From Cupriavidus necator (GTDB lineage Bacteria; Pseudomonadota; Gammaproteobacteria; Burkholderiales; Burkholderiaceae): a stretch of DNA of 32,000 nucleotides. How positions within the stretch are numbered: position 1 is the first letter of the stretch; every line of letters begins with the position of its first letter. The notes below the pieces were generated by a model that saw only the letters and a program-made list of their open reading frames with translations, had not been told where the DNA came from and made no database searches. Location of the stretch: assembly GCF_016127575.1 (NCBI RefSeq), contig NZ_CP066019.1, forward strand, positions 900,001 to 932,000, written 5' to 3'. Positions 25,235 through 32,000 of the stretch are shown here, piece by piece. The position numbers and the translations under genes are program-made.

Positions 25235-26317
25235 ATGAACGCCAAACGAATCGCCGGCGCGCTGATCGCGGCCGCCCATGTCGCCTGCGTTGCCGCCGTG
25301 CTGCTGCCGGGCACTGCCCAGGCACAGCCTGCTCAACCAGCCCAGCAAACGAAGCTGCGTGTAGCCGGCAACCTCGTCGCGACCGGCCTGATCCAGCAGA
25401 ACAAGGAGCAGCCCTTTTTCGAGAACTTCGCCAGGAACACCGGCCTGCCGATCGATGCCGACTACAAGCCGATGGATGTGCTCGGCATCAAGGATTCAGA
25501 CGGCCTGCGCGTGCTTCGCTCCGGGCTGTTCGACATCGTCAGCCTGCGCCTGGCCCAGGTCTCGCGCGACGAGCCATTCTTCCTCGGGCCGGACATCGTT
25601 GGCCTGAGCACCGACTACGGCTCGGCCAGCAAGGCCGTGGATGCCTACCGCAATGCCTTCGACAAGCGCCTGCAGGAACGCTACGGCGCCAAGCTGCTCG
25701 GGATCTGGCCGTTCGGGCCGCAGGTGGTGTTCTGCAAGTCGCCGATTGGCGGACTGGCCGACCTGAAGGGCAAGAAGGTGCGCGTCTATGACCAGTCCCT
25801 GGCCAAATTCATCGAGAAGCTCGGCGGCATTCCGGTGACGATCCCCTTCGGCGAGACCCAGCAGGCGCTCGAGCGCGGCGTCACCGATTGCGCGATCACC
25901 GGCCCGAGCTCGGCGAACACGGCGGGATGGCCCGAGGTCACCTCATACTTCATGCCAGTTGGCTTCCAGATCGCGCTGAATGCGTACGCCATCAAGCTCA
26001 GCCGCTGGAACGCGCTGCCGCCCGACCAGCAAACGCGCCTGGCCGAGGCCTTCCAGCGTTTCGAGCGCGATACCTGGTCCTACTCGCGCGAGTTGTTCGA
26101 GGATGCCTCGCGCTGCAACGTCGGCAAAGAGCCGTGCAAGACCGGCAAGAAGTTCGCCATGAAGGAGGTGCCCGTGCGTCCGGCCGACCTGCAGCTGGTG
26201 CGCGACGCGCTGACCACGGTCTCGCTGCCGACCTGGACCGAGGTCTGCGACAAGTCTTACCCGCAATGCTCGGCCATCTGGAAGCAGACCATCGGGCCGC
26301 TGGTCGGGGTCAAGTGA
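25235..26317 (+). CDS. TRAP transporter periplasmic substrate-binding protein (divergent DctP-type)
   Basis: Trimmed to ATG 25235, which has an AAGGAAG SD. Signal peptide ending AQAQ. LKGKKVRVYD segment with the family's conserved Arg position. Adjacent to dctQM. Confidence 0.7.
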   Translation: MNAKRIAGALIAAAHVACVAAVLLPGTAQAQPAQPAQQTKLRVAGNLVATGLIQQNKEQPFFENFARNTGLPIDADYKPMDVLGIKDSDGLRVLRSGLFDIVSLRLAQVSRDEPFFLGPDIVGLSTDYGSASKAVDAYRNAFDKRLQERYGAKLLGIWPFGPQVVFCKSPIGGLADLKGKKVRVYDQSLAKFIEKLGGIPVTIPFGETQQALERGVTDCAITGPSSANTAGWPEVTSYFMPVGFQIALNAYAIKLSRWNALPPDQQTRLAEAFQRFERDTWSYSRELFEDASRCNVGKEPCKTGKKFAMKEVPVRPADLQLVRDALTTVSLPTWTEVCDKSYPQCSAIWKQTIGPLVGVK

Positions 26318-26341
26318 ACACTGAGGACGGCGGAGACGACG

Positions 26342-27772
26342 ATGGATGAGCTTTGGAAACTGCCGGCACATGCGCTCACCGACGGCTACGCCACCGGCCG
26401 CTTCACGCCGCAACAGGCGCTGGCGTCCTGCCTGGCGCGCACGGCGCACTGCAATCCGGCGCTGAACGCCGTGATCGCATTCGATACTGAAGGCGCCATG
26501 GCGGCGGCACAGGAGAGCACCGCGCGCTGGCGCCGTGGCGAGCCGCTGGGTGCGCTCGATGGCGTGCCGGTCACCGTCAAGGACAACCTGCACGTGCGCG
26601 GCCTGCCCACGCATTGGGGCAGCCGCGCGCTGGCGGGCTTTGTCCCGGACCGCGACGAACTACCGGTGGCGCGCCTGCGCGCGGCCGGGGCGCTGATCTT
26701 CGGCAAGACCAATGTGCCGGAGTTCGCCATGCAGGGCTATACCGACAACCTCGTCTTCGGCACAACCGGCAATCCCTGGCAGCCGGCCCTGACGCCGGGC
26801 GGGTCTTCCGGCGGCGCGGTGGCGGCGGTGGCATCGGGCTGCTGCCCGCTGGCGCTGGGCACCGACGGCGGCGGCTCGATCCGGCGCCCGGCCTCGCATA
26901 CCGGGCTGGTGGGCTTCAAGCCGTCGCCCGGCCGGCTGCCGCGCGGCGATGGGCTGCCAGAGATCTTCATGCGCTATGAAGTGGTCGGCCCGCTGGCCCG
27001 CTGCGTGGCCGATGCGATGGCCATGGCCGAGGCGCTGGGCCAGCCCGACCCGCGCGATCCCGATTCCCGGCGCTTTGCCGGCGTGCCGCTGCAGATGCCG
27101 CCGCGGCCATGCCGGGTCTTGCACGTGCCCCGGTTCGGCGATCATCCGGTGGATGCGCGCATCGCTGCCTTGACCGGGCAGGCAGCGCAAGCGCTGCGTG
27201 AACTTGGCCACACGGTGGATACCGCGCAGGCGTTCGATCTGGCTGAAGCGACCAATGCCAAATGGTCGCTGTTGTCGCAGGCCGGCCTGGCCTGGCTGGT
27301 GGAGCAGGGCGGCGCGCAACTGCCGTTCTGCCCGCCGCTCGATGCGGGCACGTTCGGTGCTGCCACGCAGGCCAATGCATCGGCTGGCGCAGGCCTGCGT
27401 GCCGTGCAGCTGTTTGATCTGCTGATGGCCGTGGAGCGTCTGCGCAGCGAGCTTTCCTTGCTGTTCGCACGCTACGACCTGCTGCTGACGCCCGCCGCAG
27501 CGGCATTGCCATGGCCGGCCGCACAGTCGCACCCGCCTGTGATCGAAGGCCGCGAGGCCGGGCCGCGTGGCCATGCGGTGTTCACCGCATTCGCCAATGC
27601 TGCCGGCCTGCCCGCGATCTCGTTGCCATGCGGCGAGGCAGAGGGCTTGCCGGTTGGCCTCCAGCTGGTGGCGGCGCCGGCCGAGGATGCGTTGCTGCTG
27701 GCAATCGCGCGCCAGTTCGAGCAGGCCTTCCCGAGGGCGCCGGGATTCCCGCTCGACGGGCAGGGCCGATGA
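26342..27772 (+). CDS. Amidase-signature (AS) family amidase / GatA-like hydrolase
   Basis: 476 aa. Catalytic Lys in VTVKDNL, plus GGSSGG and GTDGGGSIRRPAS, which form the canonical Ser-cisSer-Lys signature. Confidence 0.9.
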   Translation: MDELWKLPAHALTDGYATGRFTPQQALASCLARTAHCNPALNAVIAFDTEGAMAAAQESTARWRRGEPLGALDGVPVTVKDNLHVRGLPTHWGSRALAGFVPDRDELPVARLRAAGALIFGKTNVPEFAMQGYTDNLVFGTTGNPWQPALTPGGSSGGAVAAVASGCCPLALGTDGGGSIRRPASHTGLVGFKPSPGRLPRGDGLPEIFMRYEVVGPLARCVADAMAMAEALGQPDPRDPDSRRFAGVPLQMPPRPCRVLHVPRFGDHPVDARIAALTGQAAQALRELGHTVDTAQAFDLAEATNAKWSLLSQAGLAWLVEQGGAQLPFCPPLDAGTFGAATQANASAGAGLRAVQLFDLLMAVERLRSELSLLFARYDLLLTPAAAALPWPAAQSHPPVIEGREAGPRGHAVFTAFANAAGLPAISLPCGEAEGLPVGLQLVAAPAEDALLLAIARQFEQAFPRAPGFPLDGQGR

Positions 27773-28533
27773 AGACCCTGGTTGCGCCAGGTACGCCGGC
27801 GGCGCTCGCGCAGATGCTCTGCGTCGCGCGTACGCGCGGCGAGCGCGTCGATCCGGCACTGTTGCACCCGCTTGCGCATGGCGGCAGCTACGCCGTGCAG
27901 GATGCCACGCTTGCCATGATCGGCCCGATTGGCGGCTGGAAGGTTGGTGCGAGGGGGCCGGGCCAGGAACCCGCCTGTGCGCCGCTGCCGGCGGCCGGCC
28001 TGCTGCCGGATGGCGTGGGCCTGCGGGGGCCGGCCTGGCGCCTGCGCGGCATCGAGGTGGAGGTTGCCTTTGTGCTCGGCGCCAGCCTGCCGCCGCGCGG
28101 CCGGCCTTATGAGCGCCGGGATATCGAGGCCGCGCTTGCGCTGGTGGTGCCTGCCATTGAAGTCGTGGAAAGCCGCCTGGAGGACTGGCTCGGGGCCGGC
28201 AGCGATGCGCAGCTGGCCGACCTGCTCAGCCATGGCGCACTGGTGACGGGGCGCCCCACGCCGTTCGCGCGCGAGTGGCTGCACCTGGGCGCGCTGGAGG
28301 CCACGCTGCGCTTCGGCCGGCGCACCGTGGCGCATACCGTCGGCGGGCACCAGAGCCCTGATGTCGGCGCGCTGCTGGTCTGGCTGGCCAACCACTGCGC
28401 CGCGCGCGGGGCGGGGCTGAAAGCCGGGCAAGTGGTGACCACCGGCACCTGCACCGGGCTGCTCTTTGCCTCTGCCGGAACCCGCGTCAGCGCCGGGATC
28501 GAAGGGCTGGGGACGCTTGCGGCGTGGTTCTGA
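27769..28533 (+). CDS. MhpD/XylJ/XylI-family protein (2-oxopent-4-enoate hydratase or 4-oxalocrotonate decarboxylase type, FAH fold)
   Basis: Trimmed from ORF 27511-28533 to ATG 27769, which makes an ATGA overlap with the amidase stop. 254 aa. IGGWKVG segment and C-terminal GQVVTTGTCTG, as in this family (from memory). Confidence 0.65.
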   Translation: MKTLVAPGTPAALAQMLCVARTRGERVDPALLHPLAHGGSYAVQDATLAMIGPIGGWKVGARGPGQEPACAPLPAAGLLPDGVGLRGPAWRLRGIEVEVAFVLGASLPPRGRPYERRDIEAALALVVPAIEVVESRLEDWLGAGSDAQLADLLSHGALVTGRPTPFAREWLHLGALEATLRFGRRTVAHTVGGHQSPDVGALLVWLANHCAARGAGLKAGQVVTTGTCTGLLFASAGTRVSAGIEGLGTLAAWF

Positions 28534-28543
28534 GGGCGGGGGC

Positions 28544-29014
28544 TTACGGAACCCAGCCAGGCAGCTCCGATGCCTGCCGGACCCAGCTTGCCACCAGCGC
28601 CTCGTCAAGCTCGGCGTCTTCGTGGATGTGGAAGTAGCGTGTGTTCTTGTCCTTGGATTCGACAGGGGGAACAGGGCGCAGCGACATGCCACGGAAGAAG
28701 GCCACCTTGATGTACTTCGTCATGCAATGGAAGCTGAGGAACCAGCCCTGGCCCTCGATGCCATAGAACGGCGAGTTCCACTTCACTGCCTTGCGGACGT
28801 TGGGAACGTTGCGCTCGATGAGCGCGTCGAGACGGCGCCCGGCGTCTTGTTTCCAGCCCGGCATGGCGGCGATATAGGCCTGCACGGGGGCATCTCCGTC
28901 GGCCTTCGCGATCTGGGGGTTGCCGCCTGCGAGCAGGGGCGGGCTGGCAGCGGCCCGCCTGGCCGGAGTCTTCGTTGCGGCGTGCGCCGGCTTCCTGGAT
29001 GGTTGGTTCGCCAT
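28544..29014 (-). CDS. DUF1801 (YdhG-like) domain protein with a basic Ala/Pro/Lys N-terminal tail
   Basis: Trimmed to ATG 29014, which has a GGAGTGAAGG SD. 156 aa. KWNSPFYGIEGQGWFLSFHCMTKYIKVAFF core. Confidence 0.7.
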   Translation of the reverse strand: MANQPSRKPAHAATKTPARRAAASPPLLAGGNPQIAKADGDAPVQAYIAAMPGWKQDAGRRLDALIERNVPNVRKAVKWNSPFYGIEGQGWFLSFHCMTKYIKVAFFRGMSLRPVPPVESKDKNTRYFHIHEDAELDEALVASWVRQASELPGWVP

Positions 29015-29094
29015 TGCCTTCACTCCATCGAATACACGCTGACCACCTGACAGACAGGCCAAGTCGCCCAGGGCAGACATAGCCGCTGACGACA

Positions 29095-29107
29095 GTGCTT
29101 GAAGCAC
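29095..29107. promoter_or_regulatory. 13-bp palindrome GTGCTT-G-AAGCAC in the DUF1801/DUF1801 divergent region
   Basis: Exact 6-bp arms read directly. Confidence 0.25.
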
Positions 29108-29234
29108 GACAATCGGGCTATGCTAACCTGCTGAAGCGGATCGGGCAACGAACGAGGGATCGACCGGAACGCTCTCTGTCATGGCCGGACGCGAGCTGCC
29201 TCATGCGCGGGAAAAATTCGAGGAATAGGCATCC

Positions 29235-29654
29235 ATGAATCCATCGGAACGTATCGACGAGCTGATCGCAGGACTCACTGACTGGCGTGGCAAGACGCTG
29301 GCGAAGCTCCGCAAGACCATCCTCGAGGCCGACGGCGAGATCATCGAGGAATGGAAATGGATGGGGAGCCCGGTGTGGTCACGCGACGGCATGATCGCGG
29401 TCGCCAACGCGCACAAGGAGAAGGTGAAGATCACCTTCACCAACGGGGCGAGCCTGCCGGATCCCGACAAGCTCTTCAACGCCGGCCTCGGCGGCAACAA
29501 GTGGCGTGCGATCGATCTCTTCGAGGGCGACAAGATTGATGCGCGTGCCATGAAGAATCTCATCCGTGCCGCGATTGCGTTCAATCAGGGCAAGTCGAAG
29601 AGGAAGGCACCGTCCGCGGCTACCCGGGCGAAAGCACAAGAGAGCAAAGAGTAA
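29235..29654 (+). CDS. DUF1801 (YdhG-like) domain protein with a basic C-terminal tail
   Basis: 139 aa. EEWKWMGSPVWSRDGMIAVANAHKEKVKITF core. GAGGAA SD. Tail GKSKRKAPSAATRAKAQESKE. Confidence 0.75.
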   Translation: MNPSERIDELIAGLTDWRGKTLAKLRKTILEADGEIIEEWKWMGSPVWSRDGMIAVANAHKEKVKITFTNGASLPDPDKLFNAGLGGNKWRAIDLFEGDKIDARAMKNLIRAAIAFNQGKSKRKAPSAATRAKAQESKE

Positions 29655-29714
29655 AGGGACACGAAGCATCCTGGCGTGCGGGCGCGCGCCTGAGCATCGC
29701 AAAGAACGTCCCGT

Positions 29715-29751
29715 CCGGCATGCTCCACGCATATGGAATGCCGGTTTTCTT
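29715..29751 (+). terminator. Rho-independent terminator after the DUF1801 gene
   Basis: CCGGCAT(gc)TCCA-cgcata-TGGAATGCCGG gives 11 bp with a 2-nt bulge and a 6-nt loop, followed by TTTTCTT. It also argues against the long 29733 start for the next ORF. Confidence 0.6.
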
Positions 29752-29810
29752 CGTTGGTTTTCGCGTGCTGCGCGCGTAGGTTCGTGGGTTTCAATCTCCC
29801 CGCGAATGCC

Positions 29811-30791
29811 ATGACCGCTTCCCGACGACAGTTCCTGCGCCAGGGCGCCGCCGCCACGGCCGCGCTCGCCTCCGGCCCCATCCTTTCCTTCACCACGTTC
29901 GCCACCGGCAATGCACAAGCGCAGGGGCGCCCGGTCCTGAAAGCCGGCGACCAGAAGGGCGGCCTGCGCGCGCTGCTCGAATCCGCCAACGCGCTCGACG
30001 GCCTGAACTACGACATTCAATGGACCGAGTTCCCTGCCGCGGCACCGCTTGCCGAGGCGCTGAACGCGGGCGCGGTCGACAGCGGCCCGATCGGCGATGC
30101 CCCGGCGATCTTCGCGCTGGCTGCCGGCACGCGGATCAAGCTGATCGGCGCCAACCGCTCTGATCCCTACGGCACGGCAATCCTGGTGCGGCCCGACTCG
30201 CCGCTGCGGCAGGCGGCCGACCTGAAAGGCAAGAGCATTGGCACCAACCGTGGCTCGATCGGCCACCTGGTGACGCTCAAGGCGCTGGAATCCGCGGGGC
30301 TGAAGCCGGAGGACGCCAACCTCCGCTTCCTGCCGCCGGCGGATGCCAAGCTCGCATTGAGCAGCGGCTCGGTGGACGCGTGGGCGACGTGGGAACCCTA
30401 TACCGCGATGGCGGAAACCAGCGGCCACGCGCGCGTGCTGGTCAGCGGACGCGGGCTGTGGTCCGGCCTCAGCTACCTGGCAGCCACCGATGCCGCGCTG
30501 GCGGCCAAGCGCGCGGTGCTGCAAGACTTCCTGCGCCGGGTGGTGCGTGCGCAGCAATGGTCCTACCAGCACGTGCCGGAGTTCTCGGCGGCCCTCGCCC
30601 GCATCATCGGGATCCCGCCGCAGGCGGCACGGCTGCAGTTCGAGCGGCGGCACACGCAATGGCGGCAGATCGATGCCGAACTGATCGCCGAGCAGCAGCG
30701 CACGGCGGATTTCTACCAGAAAGCTGGGTTGCTCAAGCAGCGGCTCGATGTGCGGCAGACCTTCGACTCCGGGTTCTCCCTTACCGCCTGA
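29811..30791 (+). CDS. SsuA/NMT1-type periplasmic substrate-binding protein (aliphatic sulfonate-binding-like) with a Tat signal
   Basis: Trimmed to ATG 29811. MTASRRQFLRQGAAATAALA matches S-R-R-x-F-L-K. LKGKSIGTNRGSIGH and VDAWATWEPY are typical of SsuA-like SBPs. No clear SD. Confidence 0.75.
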   Translation: MTASRRQFLRQGAAATAALASGPILSFTTFATGNAQAQGRPVLKAGDQKGGLRALLESANALDGLNYDIQWTEFPAAAPLAEALNAGAVDSGPIGDAPAIFALAAGTRIKLIGANRSDPYGTAILVRPDSPLRQAADLKGKSIGTNRGSIGHLVTLKALESAGLKPEDANLRFLPPADAKLALSSGSVDAWATWEPYTAMAETSGHARVLVSGRGLWSGLSYLAATDAALAAKRAVLQDFLRRVVRAQQWSYQHVPEFSAALARIIGIPPQAARLQFERRHTQWRQIDAELIAEQQRTADFYQKAGLLKQRLDVRQTFDSGFSLTA

Positions 30792-30983
30792 CTGCCGCGG
30801 GCGGCGCCAGGCCGTGCACTGAGTCCATCGACGGCCTCGGCAAGCGCCTCCGGCACGACCATGGCCTCGCCGGAGGCCGCTAAGGATTTCCATGATTGAC
30901 GCCGACCCGCGCCAGCCCATTTCACGGCCTGGCGCGGCCTGCGCCGGCGCGGACCGTTCTGGTCCCAGCGAATCCGGGCAACT

Positions 30984-30997
30984 GGTCCTATAGGCCC
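30984..30997. promoter_or_regulatory. Imperfect 14-bp palindrome GGTCCTATAGGCCC (perfect core CCTATAGG) upstream of tauA
   Basis: Read directly. A related CCTATAAAG lies 24 bp downstream. About 65 nt upstream of ATG 31062. Confidence 0.2.
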
Positions 30998-31061
30998 GGA
31001 ATGGCCCTCACCTATAAAGCCGTGACCCCCAAACATATTTCCCGTTCCGAGGAGCAAAACC

Positions 31062-32000
31062 ATGCGGTGGATCAAGCAGATAGCGACGTATTTCGCCCTG
31101 GTGGCCGCGCTGGCGCCAGCCGCACACGCCCAGAGCAAGAATGTAGTAATTGCTTACCAGGACATGGTGGTGCCCTGGCGCTACGCGCAGGACATGAAGG
31201 AGCTGGAAAAGCAGACCGGCTACACGGTCTCGTTCCGGCAGTTCGGCGGCGGCGGGGACGTGATCCGCGCCATGGCTTCGGGCCAGATCGCCATTGGCGA
31301 GGCCGGCACCTCGCCGATTGCGTCGGCGCTGTCGCAAGGGCTGGATGTCGAACTGTTCTGGATCCTGGACGATATCAACGCGGCCGAGGCGATGGTCGCG
31401 CGCAATGGCAGCAAGATCGCCAGCGTCGCCGACCTGAAGGGCAAGCGCGTCGGCGTGCCCTTCGTGTCGACCACGCACTACCACACGCTGGTCGCGCTGG
31501 AGCGCGCCAGGATCAATCCGAAGGACGTCCGCATCGTCAACATGCGCCCGCCCGAAGTAGCCGCCGCCTGGGAGCGTGGTGACATCGACGCCACCTTTAT
31601 CTGGGACCCGGTGCTGGCCAAGCTCAAGCAGTCCGGCACCGTGCTGATGACCTCCGGCCAGATCGCCGCCGACACCGGCAAGGCCACCTTCGACGGCATG
31701 ATCGCCAACAAGAAGTTTGCCCGTGAGAACCCGGAGTTCATGGTCAAGCTGGTGCGCGTGCTGGCCGCCGCCGATGAAAACTACCGCAAGAACAAGGCGT
31801 CCTGGACCCCCGATTCGCCCATGGTGAAGGCGGTGGCCAAGGTGTCTGGCGCCAAGCCCGAGACGGTACCCGCGAGCATGGCGCTGTACGCCTTCCCCAC
31901 GCTGCAGGAGCAGGTGTCGGAGCGCTGGCTGGGCGGCGGCGCGGCGCGCGCGCTGCAGTCCGCGGCGCAGTTCCTCAAGGAGCAGGGCACCATCCAGACC
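31062..32000 (+). CDS. tauA: Taurine ABC transporter substrate-binding protein. The 3' end runs off the window, so it is absent from the ORF track.
   Basis: Hand translation from ATG 31062 (GAGGAG SD) gives MRWIKQIATYFALVAALAPAAHAQ, a signal peptide. VPFVSTTHYHTLVAL, AAAWERGDIDATFIWDP and AAQFLKEQG closely parallel E. coli TauA. Open through base 32000. Confidence 0.9.
   Translation, partial: MRWIKQIATYFALVAALAPAAHAQSKNVVIAYQDMVVPWRYAQDMKELEKQTGYTVSFRQFGGGGDVIRAMASGQIAIGEAGTSPIASALSQGLDVELFWILDDINAAEAMVARNGSKIASVADLKGKRVGVPFVSTTHYHTLVALERARINPKDVRIVNMRPPEVAAAWERGDIDATFIWDPVLAKLKQSGTVLMTSGQIAADTGKATFDGMIANKKFARENPEFMVKLVRVLAAADENYRKNKASWTPDSPMVKAVAKVSGAKPETVPASMALYAFPTLQEQVSERWLGGGAARALQSAAQFLKEQGTIQT

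Noticed and set aside
29379-30920. 513-aa minus-strand ORF spanning a DUF1801 gene, the terminator and the SsuA-like gene. Similar antisense ORFs occur at 19595-20638, 23167-24255, 24252-25325, 26660-27859, 27472-28692 and 539-1492.
   Set aside because: Low-complexity Arg/Gly/Ala/His-rich translations with no family resemblance. They cross an intergenic terminator or lie antisense to strongly supported genes.
30892-30993. 33-aa ORF (MIDADPRQPISRPGAACAGADRSGPSESGQLVL) with an AAGGA SD in the ssuA-like/tauA spacer
   Set aside because: By my count its third-position G+C is only about 70%, and by eye the flanking genes look clearly higher. There is no recognisable motif, and its stop lies inside the CCTATAGG palindrome. 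Probably non-coding. Ribosome profiling would be needed to revive it.
1-32000. Search for CRISPR arrays, IS elements or transposases, integrases, tRNA/rRNA, toxin-antitoxin or known defence-system genes
   Set aside because: No regularly spaced repeats, terminal inverted repeats or recombinase, nuclease or helicase-like ORFs were seen. Every substantial ORF with a credible coding signature is metabolic, transport or regulatory. No defence or mobile system can be supported from this sequence.

Overview
GC-rich window (about two-thirds G+C by eye, not computed). Gene content and codon usage look like a Cupriavidus/Ralstonia-type betaproteobacterium, probably a secondary replicon or catabolic island; this is inference only. 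It is densely coding: about 30 protein genes, including 5 transcription factors.

Left to right:
- (i) Minus strand: a sulfite dehydrogenase SorA-like Mo-enzyme and a dihaem c-type cytochrome that runs off the left edge.
- (ii) NCS2 nucleobase permease, amidohydrolase (deaminase-like) and a TSUP/TauE-family membrane protein, with a convergent LacI regulator.
- (iii) A LysR regulator divergent from a tightly coupled DUF3311, Na+/solute symporter, YtcJ-like amidohydrolase and COG0523 G3E metallochaperone cassette.
- (iv) A YihY/BrkB-family membrane protein and a secreted SxxK serine hydrolase.
- (v) A complete 3-hydroxybenzoate/gentisate cluster: LysR, gentisate 1,2-dioxygenase, fumarylpyruvate hydrolase, maleylpyruvate isomerase, 3-hydroxybenzoate 6-hydroxylase and an MFS transporter.
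- (vi) A GntR regulator, then a 400-bp intergenic region rich in candidate operator and promoter elements.
- (vii) An IclR regulator, a TRAP transporter in Q-M-P order, an amidase-signature enzyme and an MhpD/XylI-family protein.
- (viii) A divergent pair of DUF1801 genes.
- (ix) A Tat-signal SsuA-like binding protein and TauA, which runs off the right edge.

I found no rRNA, tRNA, CRISPR array, transposase, integrase, phage or recognisable defence genes. The most unusual items are two uncharacterised transporter-plus-hydrolase cassettes (one with a dedicated COG0523 chaperone, one TRAP/amidase/MhpD-like), a SorB-c551 fusion cytochrome, a near-consensus sigma-54 element in front of the IclR gene, and several exact palindromes in intergenic regions. 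Everything is read by eye from the sequence and ORF track. All family calls need HMM/BLAST confirmation.
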